64,000 nt of DNA from an uncultured Alphaproteobacteria bacterium (GCA_902621165.1 CACNKX010000006.1:4852-68851), one strand, 5' to 3'. Positions 10,201-21,876 are shown, counted from the first letter of the stretch. Made by a program: numbers and translations. Notes: generated by a model from the sequence alone, not told the origin.

Positions 10201-10610
10201 AGGACAAGATTATTAATAAGATCCTCAAATTTAAATTTTTGATTTTTTGAAATTTTAAAAAGTTGTGAATTAATAATTGATTTAGGAATTATTTTTTGAG
10301 TTATTGAATTAATTGTAGTAAGTATTATTCTTTTTGCATTAGAATTTGATAAAATTTTAAGTGTTTTTAATCTTTCTATTTGAACTTCTTTTGAAGGAGA
10401 AACATTATCGTATGGAATTTGATCCCAAGATTTAAATAATAAAATTTCAACATCAGGTAATAACCATTTAATTTTTTGTTCCATAGATGATATTTCTCTC
10501 TCATCTTTTCCAATATATAAAATTGATTTATTAGAATTTTGATAGAACTGAGAAACGAAAAAGGGCTCAACATTGTGAATTGATGGACCGATTGTATTTT
10601 TATTCTTCAT
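7233..10610 (-). CDS. mfd: Transcription-repair coupling factor Mfd
   Basis: 1125 aa. Has a UvrB-homology N-terminus, a CarD-like region, and SF2 helicase motifs (GDVAFGKTEV, DEEQKLG, SATPIPRTL, QLKGRVGRS). Confidence 0.97.
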   Translation of the reverse strand: MKNKNTIGPSIHNVEPFFVSQFYQNSNKSILYIGKDEREISSMEQKIKWLLPDVEILLFKSWDQIPYDNVSPSKEVQIERLKTLKILSNSNAKRIILTTINSITQKIIPKSIINSQLFKISKNQKFKFEDLINNLVLLGFQRTSLVRDKSEFSVRGSILDIFPNDRSKPIRIDFFDEEIETIFEFDPITQKRLKEINSDLEFNIINELILNENNLNLFRKNFREIFPEYRNSQVYNLFSENIIPSGGEQFLPLFYDNLETLFDYIKDYKILLNDEFKNIFENRLENINDFYLARKNNKENFFLSPEFFYLNKEIFQKYLDNNEHFYFNTFDKNNHINIDVNIIHNLSSIKKEIDFSFINQFFTTNSKENFIYICCRSKGSLERVSKILQNNLSLNLNNVTNFNHSLSDKILLTILDIEESFKFNKYIFINEKSLFGYFFNTQISKSRKQTIFFEELNKLSIDSILVHSEYGLCKFNNIRKIELNDSIHECLELEFFENQKLFLPVENLSYVSKYSDDTDGNIILDKLGASHWQKRKADAKKKIRDAAKKLISIASKRLQSQSYEINTNIPEYDKFVSTFPYVETDDQLNAIQDVINDFSKMIPSDRLIVGDVAFGKTEVILRAIFLAAKSNLQSVVLVPTTILSRQHFINFKKRLSIFGINIAEISRLVSLKDKKEIFEKCNNGKIDVLVGTHALLNDKLKFNRLGLIVYDEEQKLGTIQKEKFKEIAPKAHCISLSATPIPRTLSMSLSGIRDLSLILTAPFERMAVRTYVSPFDSLTITEAIKREIYGRKNGVYFVVPRKKDLPFIEQFLNDNLPEIKYVITHGQLSPKLLESRISKFYNQEVPLMLSTNIIENGLDLPHVNTIIVYRSNIFSLAALYQLKGRVGRSSKRGYAYITYKESELKDNGRKRLSIINSSDHLGAGFNIASQDLDLRGGGSIIGEEQSGFIKEIGTELYHQMLEEEINLQKSKINSDFIKKDSFQPIIKIPVEIYIPEDFINDVDLRLSIYKRISNINNKKEIEEIKIELIDRFGKLPKQLINLLKLVEIKIICLKNNIEKFEFSRKGILISFFQNQPKNPEKLLELSLSNNNSLIIRPDQKIFYDFGGNLFDDRFELSKNVINLIK

Positions 10611-10848
10611 TAAGTATTTTATTAAATATTTCCTTAAATTCTAATGGGATAGCTACCTTAGAAGTAATAAAATCATAAATCTCATTATCCGAGAATTGAT
10701 TAAATATGGATTTAATATCCTCAAGATCTTTTTCAGTAAATTTATCTAACTGATTTATAAAATATCTTTTGTATAAAATATCTGTCTCTTTTGTTCCAGA
10801 GTAAGAAACCCTATATTTTATCGTTTTTTTAAGTGAATTGAATGACAT
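10600..10848 (-). CDS. sdhE: Succinate dehydrogenase flavinylation factor SdhE-like (DUF339)
   Basis: 82 aa, immediately upstream of and overlapping mfd, as in many alphaproteobacteria. SGTKETD aligns with the SdhE RGxxE(x)D motif. Confidence 0.55.
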   Translation of the reverse strand: MSFNSLKKTIKYRVSYSGTKETDILYKRYFINQLDKFTEKDLEDIKSIFNQFSDNEIYDFITSKVAIPLEFKEIFNKILNEE

Positions 10849-10891
10849 AAAAATTGAATATAGAATATAGTTTATAATTTTATAAAAATCT

Positions 10892-12973
10892 ATGCGGCCA
10901 GAAAAATTAAACTACATATTATCATCAATATCTTCTCTCAAAGGAGTTGGTCCAAAGTTAGAACAAATTATTAATAAATTAGGTATATATAAGAATATTC
11001 ATTTTGTTTGGAACATACCAAATAACATTCTGGAAAGAAAATTCTATGAAAATATTCATGATGCAGAAATTAATTCTTTAGTAACATTAAATTTAAAAAT
11101 TATTAAACATGAACCCTCAAGGTTTAAAAGACAACCCTACAAAATTAAATGTATCTGTGGAGACACAAATATTGATTTAGTATATTTTAATGCAAGACAT
11201 CCTATGTTGAGACAAATGCTTCCAACAAATGAAAATAGATTAATATCTGGAAAATTAGAATATTTTAGAAACACATTTCAAATAACGCACCCTAGTCATG
11301 TAAGTGCTTTAAACAATAATAAAATAATCAAAAGTAAAGAGGCAATTTACAGTTTAACTAGTGGCCTCAATCAAAAAATAATGAATAAACTAACCGATCA
11401 AATATTAAATAATTTACCAAATTTAAATGAATGGATAGAAACTTCAATATTAAATAAATATAAATTTAAAGGATGGAATGAAGTAGTTAAGAATCTTCAT
11501 AGTCCAAGTGATGATAATATAAAAAATAAAAATTTACTCAGAAGAAGGCTAGCATTTGATGAATTATTATCTCATCAATTAGCTATAGGCATTATGAGAA
11601 ATTTTAATCAAAAGAAAAAAGGTTTAAAAATTACTAGTGAAAATAAAACATTAAATAAATTTTATAGTAATTTAGATTTTCAACTTACAAATTCACAAAA
11701 TAATGTAATCAAAGAAATACTTCAGGACCTAGGAAGTTCTAATCAAATGATCAGATTGTTGCAAGGAGATGTTGGGTCTGGAAAAACTATTGTTGCTTTA
11801 ATATCAATGATAAAAGTATTTGAAAGTAATTTTCAATCTGCTTTAATGGTACCTACTACAATTCTTGCATTTCAGCATTATGAAAATATTCTAAATTTAT
11901 TAAAAGATTCAAAAATTAATGTGCTTGTTCTTACAGGAAAAGATAAAGGTAAGGAAAGGAAAGAAAAATTAGATGAAATTGCAAAGGGAAAAGCAGATAT
12001 TATAATTGGGACACATGCTTTAATACAAGATACTGTAAAATTTAATAATTTAGGTTTAGCAGTAATTGATGAACAGCATAGATTTGGAGTTTATCAAAGA
12101 ATGGTATTTAACCATAAAAATCATAAACCAAATATTTTAGTAATGAGTGCGACTCCCATTCCAAGAACACTAACTTTAGCAGCATATGGAGATATGAAAG
12201 AAAGTAAATTAATTGAAAAACCTTTAGGTCGTAAACCAATTATAACTAGCTCTTTGTCATTAAAAAAAGAAAATCAACTTATTGATAGAATAAAAGAAAA
12301 AATTAAAAATTCATCATCAAAATTTTACTGGGTATGTCCTTTAATAGAAGAATCTGAAGAGTTAGATCTAAAGGCTGCAGAAGAAAGATATAAAATTTTA
12401 AAAAAACATTTCAAAAACAAAGTTCTTTTAATGCATGGGCGTTTAAGTGAAATAGAAAAAGAAGAAATAATGACAAAGTTTAAAAATGAGGATTATAAAA
12501 TTTTAGTTTCAACAACTGTTATTGAAGTTGGTGTAGATATTCCCTCTGCAACAACAATTGTAATTGAGCATGCAGAAAGATTTGGTTTAGCCCAACTTCA
12601 TCAATTGAGAGGTCGTGTTGGTAGAAATGATATTCAGTCATATTGTATACTTTTACATAAAGAAAATATTGGAGAAATTTCTAAAAAAAGAATTGAAATA
12701 ATGAAGCAAACAAATGATGGTTTTAAGATTGCTGAAGAGGATCTAAAAATAAGAGGTCCTGGAGAAATTTTAGGAAAAAAACAATCTGGTAGTCCATCTT
12801 TTTATGTAGCCGATCTTAGTTTTGATTATGATCTATTAGAAGATGCGAAAATAATGGTAGAAGATATATTATCTAAAAATCCAAAATTGGAAAACATTGA
12901 AGGAGAAAACCTTCGAAACTTATTGTATCTTCAAGAAAGAGATGCAGCAATTTTAACACTTACTGCTGGATAA
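10892..12973 (+). CDS. recG: ATP-dependent DNA helicase RecG
   Basis: 693 aa. Motifs: wedge-domain N-terminus, LLQGDVGSGKT, DEQHRFGV, SATPIPRTL, QLRGRVGR. Confidence 0.95.
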   Translation: MRPEKLNYILSSISSLKGVGPKLEQIINKLGIYKNIHFVWNIPNNILERKFYENIHDAEINSLVTLNLKIIKHEPSRFKRQPYKIKCICGDTNIDLVYFNARHPMLRQMLPTNENRLISGKLEYFRNTFQITHPSHVSALNNNKIIKSKEAIYSLTSGLNQKIMNKLTDQILNNLPNLNEWIETSILNKYKFKGWNEVVKNLHSPSDDNIKNKNLLRRRLAFDELLSHQLAIGIMRNFNQKKKGLKITSENKTLNKFYSNLDFQLTNSQNNVIKEILQDLGSSNQMIRLLQGDVGSGKTIVALISMIKVFESNFQSALMVPTTILAFQHYENILNLLKDSKINVLVLTGKDKGKERKEKLDEIAKGKADIIIGTHALIQDTVKFNNLGLAVIDEQHRFGVYQRMVFNHKNHKPNILVMSATPIPRTLTLAAYGDMKESKLIEKPLGRKPIITSSLSLKKENQLIDRIKEKIKNSSSKFYWVCPLIEESEELDLKAAEERYKILKKHFKNKVLLMHGRLSEIEKEEIMTKFKNEDYKILVSTTVIEVGVDIPSATTIVIEHAERFGLAQLHQLRGRVGRNDIQSYCILLHKENIGEISKKRIEIMKQTNDGFKIAEEDLKIRGPGEILGKKQSGSPSFYVADLSFDYDLLEDAKIMVEDILSKNPKLENIEGENLRNLLYLQERDAAILTLTAG

Positions 12974-12978
12974 TAGTT

Positions 12979-13416
12979 ATGGATATAGAAAAAGGTATTA
13001 GGTTTGAATGCCAGGGTTCTGGAAATTGTTGTGTTTCAAGAGGTACCTATGGTTTTGTTTATTTAAGTAAGAAAGATATTAAAAAATTGTCAGGCGGATT
13101 TAAAATAACAGAACAAAACTTTATAAAAAACTATTGTCAAAAAACTGATGGTTTCATTCACTTAAAGGAACTAAAAAAAAATAATGGAAATTGCATATTT
13201 TTGAAAGATAACAAATGCACTGTTTATAAATCAAGACCTATACAATGTAGAACCTGGCCTTTTTGGCCTGAAAATATGAATACAAAAACTTGGAATAACG
13301 ATATTGCTAAAAATTGCCCTGGTGTAGGTAAAGGTAAAGTAAAAACAAAGAATGAAATTTTAAAGCAAGTACAAATTGATTATGAAAACGAATTAAATAT
13401 TAAGAATAAAAATTAA
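12979..13416 (+). CDS. YkgJ-family cysteine-cluster (Zn/Fe-chelating, UPF0153) protein
   Basis: CQGSGNCC near the N-terminus, then C..L....C.VY..RP..CR.WPFW, typical of the YkgJ/CxxCxxCC family. Confidence 0.75.
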   Translation: MDIEKGIRFECQGSGNCCVSRGTYGFVYLSKKDIKKLSGGFKITEQNFIKNYCQKTDGFIHLKELKKNNGNCIFLKDNKCTVYKSRPIQCRTWPFWPENMNTKTWNNDIAKNCPGVGKGKVKTKNEILKQVQIDYENELNIKNKN

Positions 13417-13595
13417 CCATCAGACTCAAATTCCATTTCTTTAAAATATCCGATATATTTATTAGTCTTTTTTTTTAGCAATATCTTTATTGTTGTTCCT
13501 TCAAGAACTACTTCAAGAATGTTATCATTTTTTCTTAAAATATCACAATTTTTCTCAATACCTGATGCAATATTTTTAATTTTTGCTTTTTTCAT
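13413..13595 (-). CDS. Hypothetical protein (60 aa)
   Basis: ORF only. Lies between ykgJ (4-nt convergent overlap) and tRNA-Lys. Confidence 0.3.
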   Translation of the reverse strand: MKKAKIKNIASGIEKNCDILRKNDNILEVVLEGTTIKILLKKKTNKYIGYFKEMEFESDG

Positions 13596-13601
13596 TATGG
13601 A

Positions 13602-13677
<76 letters not shown>

Positions 13678-13692
13678 ATCAAGTTTGTATTC

Positions 13693-13719
13693 TATATAGT
13701 TCAAATATTGTAAGCGCAA
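13693..13719 (-). promoter_or_regulatory. Putative promoter of tRNA-Lys
   Basis: On the minus strand: TTGCGC, a 15-nt spacer, then TATATA, which ends 15 nt upstream of the tRNA 5' end. Same -35/15-nt/TATA layout as the tRNA-Ser promoter. Weak evidence. Confidence 0.25.
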
Positions 13720-13727
13720 GTGATTAA

Positions 13728-14222
13728 CTAAGAGTTTTTTTTATTAAGTTGTTCTAAAGTATTTTTAGAAACAAAATTTGAAACATCTCCACCTAGTTTA
13801 TGAACTTCTTTAACAAAATTAGATGAAATGAATGAGTTTTTTTCAGAAGTCATAAGAAATATTGTCTCGATATCGGGGTTAAGTTGGTAGTTCATACCTG
13901 TCATTTGAAATTCATACTCAAAATCAGATACTGCTCTTAAGCCACGTATTATACATGTGGCATTTTGATCTTTAGCAAAATTTGTAAGTAATCCTGATAA
14001 TTCAGTAACATTAATTTTTGAATTTAATTCATTTGTAGAGGTAATATCACTTTTAATGATATTAATTCTTTCTTGAACACTAAACAATGAATCTTTGTTA
14101 GTATTATTAGCGACAGCTATTACTAAATTATCTACTATTCTTAATGATCTTTTAATTATGTCCATATGACCTGCAGTCATAGGATCAAAAGTACCCGGGT
14201 ATATTCCAATTTTATTCATCAT
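13728..14222 (-). CDS. coaD: Phosphopantetheine adenylyltransferase
   Basis: [18 protein letters not shown] (T/HxGH nucleotidyltransferase motif) and [13 protein letters not shown] chose the start at MMNKIG (14222) over the track start at 14264. It overlaps the gyrA stop. Confidence 0.9.
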   Translation of the reverse strand: MMNKIGIYPGTFDPMTAGHMDIIKRSLRIVDNLVIAVANNTNKDSLFSVQERINIIKSDITSTNELNSKINVTELSGLLTNFAKDQNATCIIRGLRAVSDFEYEFQMTGMNYQLNPDIETIFLMTSEKNSFISSNFVKEVHKLGGDVSNFVSKNTLEQLNKKNS

Positions 14223-16890
14223 TTTCGAATTCTTGTATTCTAGAAACAGAAACAATTCTATCACTTTCTGGAATCTTAAAAATACTTACACCTTTTGTTG
14301 ATCTTCCAGCTATTCTAATTTGGTTTACATTAACTCTAATTATTTGACCCTTGTCACTAACAAGAATAATTTCATCATTGTCCTTAACAACAAAACAATC
14401 AACAACTTCACCATTTTTTTCTGATGTAATTATACCAGTTATACCTTTCCCTCCTCTATTTGAAATTCTATATTCATAAGCAGATGATCTTTTTCCAAAA
14501 CCCTTTGATGTTATAGCTAAAAGAAATTCTTCATTATTATTTAATTCTTCAAATCCATTTTTGAGTGATGTAGTTTCTTTTCTACTTTCGGATGCTGCCC
14601 TTAAGTATTCTTGACGAATGCTCATATCAATCACTGAATGTTTTAAAATTGCTAAAGAAATGATTGTATTGCCCTTATCTAATTTTATACCCCTTACACC
14701 TGAAGAATTTAAACCAGAAAATAATCTTAATTTTTCAACTGGAAAACGTAAACATTTTCCATTTGATGAAGAAAGTAAAATATCATCATCTACAGTACAA
14801 AGCTTAACACCAATTAATTCATCTTTTTCATCAAGCCTAATAGATACTTTGCCTGAGTCCCTCAATTCTCTTTTTCCACTCTTAGCAACATCAATTAATT
14901 TATTTTTTCTAACCATTCCATTTTTAGTTGTAAAAATAACATAAAATTTTTCCCACTGATTTTCATCTAGGGGTAATGGTAGAAAAGTTGATATTTTTTC
15001 AGAATTTTTAAAAGGCAATAAATTTACTATAGGCTTTCCCCTTGCCTTTAAACTTGCTTCAGGAACATCATGAGATTTTAGAGAATAAACCTTTCCTAAT
15101 GAAGAAAAAACTAAAAGTTTAGTATGAGTATCTGCAAAGTGAATTTCTTTAACAAAATCTTCTTCCCTTGTTGACATACCAGTTTTACCTTTACCTCCTC
15201 TATTTTGAGAACGATAATTAGATAATAGTGATCTTTTAATGTATCCATTATTAGAAATAGTTAAAACTATATCTTCTTGTTGAATATATCTTAAATCATC
15301 TACTTGCTCATATTCTTGATCAATAATCTCACTACGTCTTTCAGTTGCAAATTCTTTTTTAATTTCAGCTAATTCATTTTCTATTTCCTTTAGAAGAATA
15401 TCCCTAGAATTAAGTATAGATAGGTAATTTTTAATTTCTAAAATTAAACTTTCTAAATCTTTTTGTATATCTTCTCTTTCTAAAGCAGTTAATTTTTGTA
15501 ATCTTAATTCTAAAATAGCTTTGGCTTGTGCGTCAGAAAAATTGAAAGTGTTGTTTTTTAATTCTACAGTATCATCCTCAACTGATTTAATAAAATTAAG
15601 ATTTAGTTTAGATACTTTCCATTTCTTTTTAATTAATTTTTCTTTTGCTTCTTTTGTATCTTTTGAACTTTTAATTAATTCTATAATTTCATCAATATGT
15701 TCATTAGTAACAACCAATCCAACTAAAATATGAGCTTTTTCTCTAGCTTTATTAAGGTCAAATAATGTTCTTTTTATTATTACTTCTTCTCTAAAATCTA
15801 AAAATGAAGATAAAATTTCTTTTAAATTCATTTGTTCTGGCTTACCTTTATTTAAAGCAAGCATATTAGAATTAAATGTTGTTTGAATTAACGTATGTTT
15901 ATATAATTGATTGAGAATAATATTTGAGTCTACATCTTTTTTTAATTCTATAACAACCCTAACACCGTTTCTATCTGACTCATCTCTTAAATCTGAAATT
16001 CCTTCAACAATTCCATTTTTTACAATTTCCGCAATCCTTTCTAATAATTTTGATTTATTAACCTGATAAGGAATTTCATGAAGAATGATTGCGTCACGAT
16101 CCTTTTTAAAATTTTCAATACTAGTCTTTGACCTAACTACACACCCTCCTCTTCCAGTTTCAAATGCTTCTGTTATGCCTTTTTTACCAATTATTTGACC
16201 TCCTGTTGGAAAATCAGGACCAAAAATATATTTTTGAAGGTCTGAGATATTACATTCTGGATTTTTAATAAGATATAAAGATGCGTCTATGACTTCTCCT
16301 AAGTTATGTGGGGCAATATTAGTCGCCATTCCAACAGCTATTCCTGATGCCCCATTAACTAAAAGATTTGGAAATTGGGATGGCAAAACTGAGGGTTCTT
16401 TTGTTGTATCATCATAATTAGACTGAAACGCAACAGTGTTTTTATCAATATCTTCAACAAGCTTTTCGGATACTTTAGCAAGTCGTGCTTCAGTATATCT
16501 CATTGCTGCAGGAGGATCGCCATCTAAAGATCCAAAATTCCCTTGACCATCAACTAACTCTAATCGCATAGAAAAATCTTGTGCCATTCTAACCATAGAA
16601 TTGTAAATAGCTGAGTCTCCGTGTGGATGATATTTACCCATTACATCACCCACTATTCTTGCAGATTTTTTGTATGGTTTATTAAAATTGTACCCTGATT
16701 CACTCATAGAGTACAATATTCTTCTATGAACTGGCTTTAAACCATCTCTACAGTCTGGAAGTGCCCTGCTTACTATTACAGACATTGCATAATCCAGGTA
16801 GGATTTTTGCATTTCTTGCTCTAAACTTACTGAAGGTATATTAGTAGGTTCTTGATTGTCGTTATTTGATGTATCTATATCGTCAGGCAC
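14212..16890 (-). CDS. gyrA: DNA gyrase subunit A
   Basis: 892 aa. [19 protein letters not shown] (catalytic Tyr) and C-terminal beta-pinwheel repeats. Confidence 0.97.
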   Translation of the reverse strand: MPDDIDTSNNDNQEPTNIPSVSLEQEMQKSYLDYAMSVIVSRALPDCRDGLKPVHRRILYSMSESGYNFNKPYKKSARIVGDVMGKYHPHGDSAIYNSMVRMAQDFSMRLELVDGQGNFGSLDGDPPAAMRYTEARLAKVSEKLVEDIDKNTVAFQSNYDDTTKEPSVLPSQFPNLLVNGASGIAVGMATNIAPHNLGEVIDASLYLIKNPECNISDLQKYIFGPDFPTGGQIIGKKGITEAFETGRGGCVVRSKTSIENFKKDRDAIILHEIPYQVNKSKLLERIAEIVKNGIVEGISDLRDESDRNGVRVVIELKKDVDSNIILNQLYKHTLIQTTFNSNMLALNKGKPEQMNLKEILSSFLDFREEVIIKRTLFDLNKAREKAHILVGLVVTNEHIDEIIELIKSSKDTKEAKEKLIKKKWKVSKLNLNFIKSVEDDTVELKNNTFNFSDAQAKAILELRLQKLTALEREDIQKDLESLILEIKNYLSILNSRDILLKEIENELAEIKKEFATERRSEIIDQEYEQVDDLRYIQQEDIVLTISNNGYIKRSLLSNYRSQNRGGKGKTGMSTREEDFVKEIHFADTHTKLLVFSSLGKVYSLKSHDVPEASLKARGKPIVNLLPFKNSEKISTFLPLPLDENQWEKFYVIFTTKNGMVRKNKLIDVAKSGKRELRDSGKVSIRLDEKDELIGVKLCTVDDDILLSSSNGKCLRFPVEKLRLFSGLNSSGVRGIKLDKGNTIISLAILKHSVIDMSIRQEYLRAASESRKETTSLKNGFEELNNNEEFLLAITSKGFGKRSSAYEYRISNRGGKGITGIITSEKNGEVVDCFVVKDNDEIILVSDKGQIIRVNVNQIRIAGRSTKGVSIFKIPESDRIVSVSRIQEFENDE

Positions 16891-17032
16891 TAAAAAAATC
16901 CAAGTTTTCTAAGAAAAATTAAGAATTTTTTATATCAAAAAGCACAGTTTAAACCAATATAAATAAATTATTAAGTTATATTAAAAAAACTATATTTTTC
17001 AGTAATTAAATAATAATATCTAATAAAAATAT

Positions 17033-17506
17033 TTAAAAAGGGATATCCTCATCTAAATCTTCAGAATCACCTGATTGATTTCCAAAAGAATTGTCCTCAA
17101 TTTGTTTAGATTGATCCATTTCTTGTGAATTATCAGATACCTGAGAATTAGTATTTCTGCTGTCTAAGAGGGTTAAATTACAATTATATCCCTGTAATAT
17201 GACCTCTGTGGTGTATCTATCATTTCCATCTTTATCTTGCCATTTCCTTGTTTGAAGCTCTCCTTCAACGTAAATTTTAGATCCTTTTTTTACGTATTTT
17301 TCTACTATATCAACTAAGCCGTCTCCAAAAACAACAATGTTATGCCAAGATGTTTTTTCTTTTTGTTCTTGAGTATTTCTATCTTTCCATCTTTTTGAAG
17401 TTGCAATTGAAAATGAAGCCATTTTAGCTCCAGACTGCATAGACCTAATTTCAGGATCTCTTCCTAAGTTTCCTAATAAAATTGTTTTATTAACACTACC
17501 AACCAT
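17033..17506 (-). CDS. ssb: Single-stranded DNA-binding protein
   Basis: MVGSVNKTILLGNLGRDPE OB-fold N-terminus and acidic tail DEDIPF. Start moved to M8 of the track ORF. Divergent from uvrA. Confidence 0.93.
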   Translation of the reverse strand: MVGSVNKTILLGNLGRDPEIRSMQSGAKMASFSIATSKRWKDRNTQEQKEKTSWHNIVVFGDGLVDIVEKYVKKGSKIYVEGELQTRKWQDKDGNDRYTTEVILQGYNCNLTLLDSRNTNSQVSDNSQEMDQSKQIEDNSFGNQSGDSEDLDEDIPF

Positions 17507-17563
17507 AAGAATTCTATATATATCCATATAACATATTAACGTTATTAGATAACACTAATATTC

Positions 17564-20368
17564 ATGAATTTAGATAAAATTGTTATAAAAGGTGCAAGAG
17601 AGCACAATCTTAAAAATATCAACTTAGAAATACCAAAAAATAAACTTGTTGTAATTACAGGTGTAAGTGGCTCAGGAAAATCAACTTTAGCATTTGATAC
17701 AATTTATTCTGAAGGACAAAGAAAATATGTTGAGAGTCTATCAGCATATGCAAGACAATTTCTTCAAATGATGAATAAGCCTGATGTAGATAGTATTGAT
17801 GGTCTATCACCAGCTATTTCTATAGAACAAAAAACTACACAAAAAAATCCAAGAAGTACCGTAGGTACAGTCACAGAAATCTACGATTACCTAAGAGTGC
17901 TATATGCTAGAGTTGGTGTTCCCTACTCTCCAGCAACAGGTAAACCAATTAAATCGCAATCAGTTAGTGAAATGACTGATCTTATAATTAAAAATAATAT
18001 TGATAAAAGAATTTATATTTTATCTCCAATAGTTAGAGATCGAAAAGGTGAATATCGAAAAGAAATCGAAGATTTAAAAAAAAGAGGTTATCAACGACTT
18101 AAAGTAGATAATGTTGTCTATGATATTGATGAAGTGCCTTCACTTAAAAAGAATTTTAAACATAATATTGATGTTGTAATTGATCGACTTGTTGTAAAAA
18201 AAAATATTCAACAAAGACTTAGTGAAAGTATAGAAGTTGCGTTAACTTTATCAGATGGTTTGTTATATTTAGAAAATCTAGATACAAATAAAATATCGAT
18301 ATTTTCATCAAAATTTGCATGTCCAGTGTCTGGATTTAGTATTGAAGAGATTGAACCTAGATTATTTAGTTTTAATGCACCGCAGGGTGCATGTTCTGAG
18401 TGTGATGGGTTAGGAGTTGAAAAATATTTTGACGAAAACAAGATTGTGCCAGATGAGACTAGATCAATTTCTGATGGAGCTATTAAACCATGGGAAACAA
18501 AAGTATTTGGTTATCAAAAAAAATATTTTGTTGAAACAATAGATAAAATTTTAAAACAATTCAAAGTTAAGAAAAATGTTCCATGGAGTGAAATTCCAAA
18601 AAAAGTAAAAAATATAATTCTTTATGGAGATGAGAATAGTGAACTAAATTTTTTATATGATTTTGAGGGAATAATTAACTTTATTGATCGAAAATATGAG
18701 GAAACTGAGAGATGGTGGCTTCAGTATGAATTAGAAAAATATTTATCTGAAAGAGACTGTGAAGTTTGCAATGGTTTCCGTCTTAACGATAAAGCTTTAG
18801 CCGTAAGAATTGATGAAAATCATATTGGAAATATTACTAAAAAATCAATTAGCGAATGTTTAAACTGGTTTTCATCACTTGAAAGTAAACTTGATAAAAA
18901 TAATAAAAAAATTGCTGAAGGAGTTATTAAAGAAATAAAAGATAGATTAGTTTTTTTAAATAGAGTTGGTTTAGATTATTTATCATTAGCAAGAGCTAGT
19001 AAAACTTTGTCTGGAGGTGAAAGTCAAAGAATTAGATTGGCAAGTCAAATTGGCTCAGGTTTAACAGGAGTTTTATATGTTTTGGATGAACCATCTATTG
19101 GATTACATCAAAAAGATAATCAACAACTAATTGAAACTTTATTTAGATTAAGAGATTTAGGAAATACTGTAATTGTTGTTGAACATGATGAGGATGCAAT
19201 TAGACAATCTGATCATATAATTGATATTGGTGTTAAAGCAGGAGTTAATGGAGGGCACATAATTGCAGAGGGAGGACTTAAAAAAATACTTAAAAATAAT
19301 AAAAGTTTGACAGCAAAATATTTGAATAAATCCTTAGAAATAGAAGTTCCAAAAAATAGAAGAAAATTTAATAAAAATAAAGTTTTTAAGCTTAATAAAA
19401 TAAAAACAAACAACTTAGATAATCTTAATATAACTTTACCTTTAGGAAATTTTATTACTGTTACAGGTGTATCTGGAAGTGGTAAATCTTCATTAATTAT
19501 TGATACATTGTATCAAAGGTTAGATGAGTATTTCAATAAATCTTTAAATAAAGATGAAAGTCGTTTTAACTTTAAAGGTATTAATCATATCGATAAAGTA
19601 ATTGATATTGATCAATCACCTATTGGAAGAACACCAAGATCAAACCCAGCAACATATACAGGATGTTTTACTCCGATAAGAGATTGGTTTGCAAATTTAA
19701 ATGAATCAAGTGCTAGAGGTTATAAACCAGGTCGTTTTTCATTTAATGTTAAAGGTGGTAGATGTGAATCATGTGAAGGTGATGGGGTGAAAAAAATAGA
19801 AATGCATTTTTTAGCTGACGTTTATGTCGAGTGCGATATCTGTAAAGGCAAAAGGTATAATAGGGAGACTTTAGAAGTAAAATATAAGGATAAATCTATT
19901 TCTGATGTTTTAGAAATGACTGTTGAAGAAGGTTATAAATTTTTCGATAAAATTCCTGCAATAAAACAAAAATTACAAACGTTAATGGACGTCGGATTAG
20001 ATTATATAAAAATAGGTCAATCAGCTACTACTTTATCAGGTGGCGAAGCGCAAAGAATAAAATTATCAAAAGAATTATCAAAAAGATCAACAGGAAAAAC
20101 ACTATATATTCTTGATGAACCAACTACCGGTCTTCATTTTGATGATGTGAAAAAATTACTTAAAATTCTTCATACTCTTGTTGATGAAGGTAATACTGTA
20201 ATCGTTATTGAGCATAATCTTGATGTTATTAAAACAGCTGATCATATAATTGATTTGGGTCCTCTAGGAGGTGTAAATGGTGGTCAAATTGTTGGAACCG
20301 GTACCCCCGAAGATATTGCAAATAATAAAAAAAGCTTTACAGGTGAATTTTTAAAGAAAATTTTATAA
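17564..20368 (+). CDS. uvrA: Excinuclease ABC subunit A
   Basis: 934 aa. Two ABC modules ([10 protein letters not shown] twice, LSGGESQR and LSGGEAQR) and zinc-finger Cys clusters. Confidence 0.97.
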   Translation: MNLDKIVIKGAREHNLKNINLEIPKNKLVVITGVSGSGKSTLAFDTIYSEGQRKYVESLSAYARQFLQMMNKPDVDSIDGLSPAISIEQKTTQKNPRSTVGTVTEIYDYLRVLYARVGVPYSPATGKPIKSQSVSEMTDLIIKNNIDKRIYILSPIVRDRKGEYRKEIEDLKKRGYQRLKVDNVVYDIDEVPSLKKNFKHNIDVVIDRLVVKKNIQQRLSESIEVALTLSDGLLYLENLDTNKISIFSSKFACPVSGFSIEEIEPRLFSFNAPQGACSECDGLGVEKYFDENKIVPDETRSISDGAIKPWETKVFGYQKKYFVETIDKILKQFKVKKNVPWSEIPKKVKNIILYGDENSELNFLYDFEGIINFIDRKYEETERWWLQYELEKYLSERDCEVCNGFRLNDKALAVRIDENHIGNITKKSISECLNWFSSLESKLDKNNKKIAEGVIKEIKDRLVFLNRVGLDYLSLARASKTLSGGESQRIRLASQIGSGLTGVLYVLDEPSIGLHQKDNQQLIETLFRLRDLGNTVIVVEHDEDAIRQSDHIIDIGVKAGVNGGHIIAEGGLKKILKNNKSLTAKYLNKSLEIEVPKNRRKFNKNKVFKLNKIKTNNLDNLNITLPLGNFITVTGVSGSGKSSLIIDTLYQRLDEYFNKSLNKDESRFNFKGINHIDKVIDIDQSPIGRTPRSNPATYTGCFTPIRDWFANLNESSARGYKPGRFSFNVKGGRCESCEGDGVKKIEMHFLADVYVECDICKGKRYNRETLEVKYKDKSISDVLEMTVEEGYKFFDKIPAIKQKLQTLMDVGLDYIKIGQSATTLSGGEAQRIKLSKELSKRSTGKTLYILDEPTTGLHFDDVKKLLKILHTLVDEGNTVIVIEHNLDVIKTADHIIDLGPLGGVNGGQIVGTGTPEDIANNKKSFTGEFLKKIL

Positions 20369-20383
20369 ATCAAAGGAAATAAA

Positions 20384-20980
20384 ATGATAAATCTAGAGTT
20401 ACCAGATCTACCCTACAGTAAAGATGCTCTAATGCCGTATATGTCGGCAGAAACTTTAGAGTTGCATCATGATAAGCATCATATGGCTTACATTACTAAT
20501 GGAAATAAGTTTATTAAAGAACAAAATATAGCAGACGATAACGTTAATGATATAGTTATAAACTCTTATCAAAAAAATGCTCCAGTATTCAACAATGTAG
20601 CACAACATATAAATCATGTTCATTTTTGGGAAGTGATGAAAAATAATCCAGATGGAAAAATTCCATCTGAACTCGAAAATAAGATAGTTTCAGATATTGG
20701 CTCAATTGAAAAAATGAAAGAAGATTTTATTAATGCAGGCATTGGTCAATTTGGATCAGGTTGGTGTTGGTTAGTTCTTAATAATGGAAAATTAGAAATT
20801 ACTAAAACACCAAATGGAGAAAACCCAATCGTACATGGTCACACTCCTCTACTTGGATGTGATGTTTGGGAACACTCATATTATGTTGATTATAGAAATA
20901 GAAGACCTGATTATTTAAAAGCTTTTATTGATAATTTAGTTAATTGGGAAAAAGTTACAGAAAACTTAAATAACGTTTAA
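20384..20980 (+). CDS. sodB: Superoxide dismutase (Fe type)
   Basis: LPDLPY, HHDKHH, AQHINHVHFW and DVWEHSYY metal-ligand motifs. Confidence 0.9.
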   Translation: MINLELPDLPYSKDALMPYMSAETLELHHDKHHMAYITNGNKFIKEQNIADDNVNDIVINSYQKNAPVFNNVAQHINHVHFWEVMKNNPDGKIPSELENKIVSDIGSIEKMKEDFINAGIGQFGSGWCWLVLNNGKLEITKTPNGENPIVHGHTPLLGCDVWEHSYYVDYRNRRPDYLKAFIDNLVNWEKVTENLNNV

Positions 20981-21876
20981 TCATCTTCATCTTGCGGTCT
21001 AAACTTAAAGATTAATAAAGTTGGGACCGCAATAAAAACAGATGAATATGTTCCAATTATTACACCTATGATCATTGTTAAAGCGAAAGGTCTAATAACC
21101 TCCCCTCCAAAAATAAATAAAGATACTAAAGCAAGCAGTGTAGTTAAACTTGTCATTATAGTTCTGGATAAAGTATTATTAACTGATAAATTAAATAGAT
21201 CTACTAACTCTAACTTTTTATATTTTCTCAAATTTTCACGAACTCTATCAAATATTACAACTGTATCATTGATTGAATAACCAGCAATTGTTAGAATTGC
21301 TGCTATTGTTGCTAGAGAAAATTCTACATTTAAAACAGAGAGCAATCCAAGAGTGAATAATACATCATGAGTTAATGCTACAACTGCCCCAAAACCAAAT
21401 TGCCATTCAAAACGCAACCAAATGTAAATTAAAATAGCAATTAATGCAAAAGAGACTGCTTGAAAACCTCGAAACAATAGCTCAGAACTAATTGTAGGCC
21501 CTACGAATTCAGATCTCCTAAATTCAACAACTTTATCTTGAATTAAATTTTTAACAGAATTAACAGTCTCTATACTTTCTTGATTACTTTTATTTTGAAG
21601 TCTAATCAAAATAATATTTTCATTACCAAATTCTTGTAAAGATACATCACTATAAGAAGAAGATAAAATTTCTCTTAATTCTCCAATTGAAGTATTTTTT
21701 GTACTAACTTCGATTAAAGTACCTCCTTTAAAATCAATACCTAGATTTAAACCTTTTATACTTAATAAAACAATTGAAATTAACATTGCTAAAATAGAAA
21801 AAATTAAAAAATTTCTTCTTAAACCTAAAAAATTAATTTTAGGCTCAACAGGAATAATTTTATTTAAACCAAACAT
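20977..21876 (-). CDS. secF: Protein translocase subunit SecF
   Basis: 299 aa, six-TM SecD/F-family architecture. GIDFKGGT and YSINDTVVIFDRVRE motifs. 1-nt overlap with secD. Confidence 0.93.
   Translation of the reverse strand: MFGLNKIIPVEPKINFLGLRRNFLIFSILAMLISIVLLSIKGLNLGIDFKGGTLIEVSTKNTSIGELREILSSSYSDVSLQEFGNENIILIRLQNKSNQESIETVNSVKNLIQDKVVEFRRSEFVGPTISSELLFRGFQAVSFALIAILIYIWLRFEWQFGFGAVVALTHDVLFTLGLLSVLNVEFSLATIAAILTIAGYSINDTVVIFDRVRENLRKYKKLELVDLFNLSVNNTLSRTIMTSLTTLLALVSLFIFGGEVIRPFALTMIIGVIIGTYSSVFIAVPTLLIFKFRPQDEDD

Noticed and set aside
17507-17563. SOS (LexA) box in the ssb-uvrA divergent spacer.
   Set aside because: There is no GAAC-N7-GAAC / GTTC-N7-GTTC alphaproteobacterial motif and no CTGT-N8-ACAG. 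The only candidate is a TAAC-N9-TAAC pattern, which has the wrong spacing and is unremarkable in AT-rich DNA.
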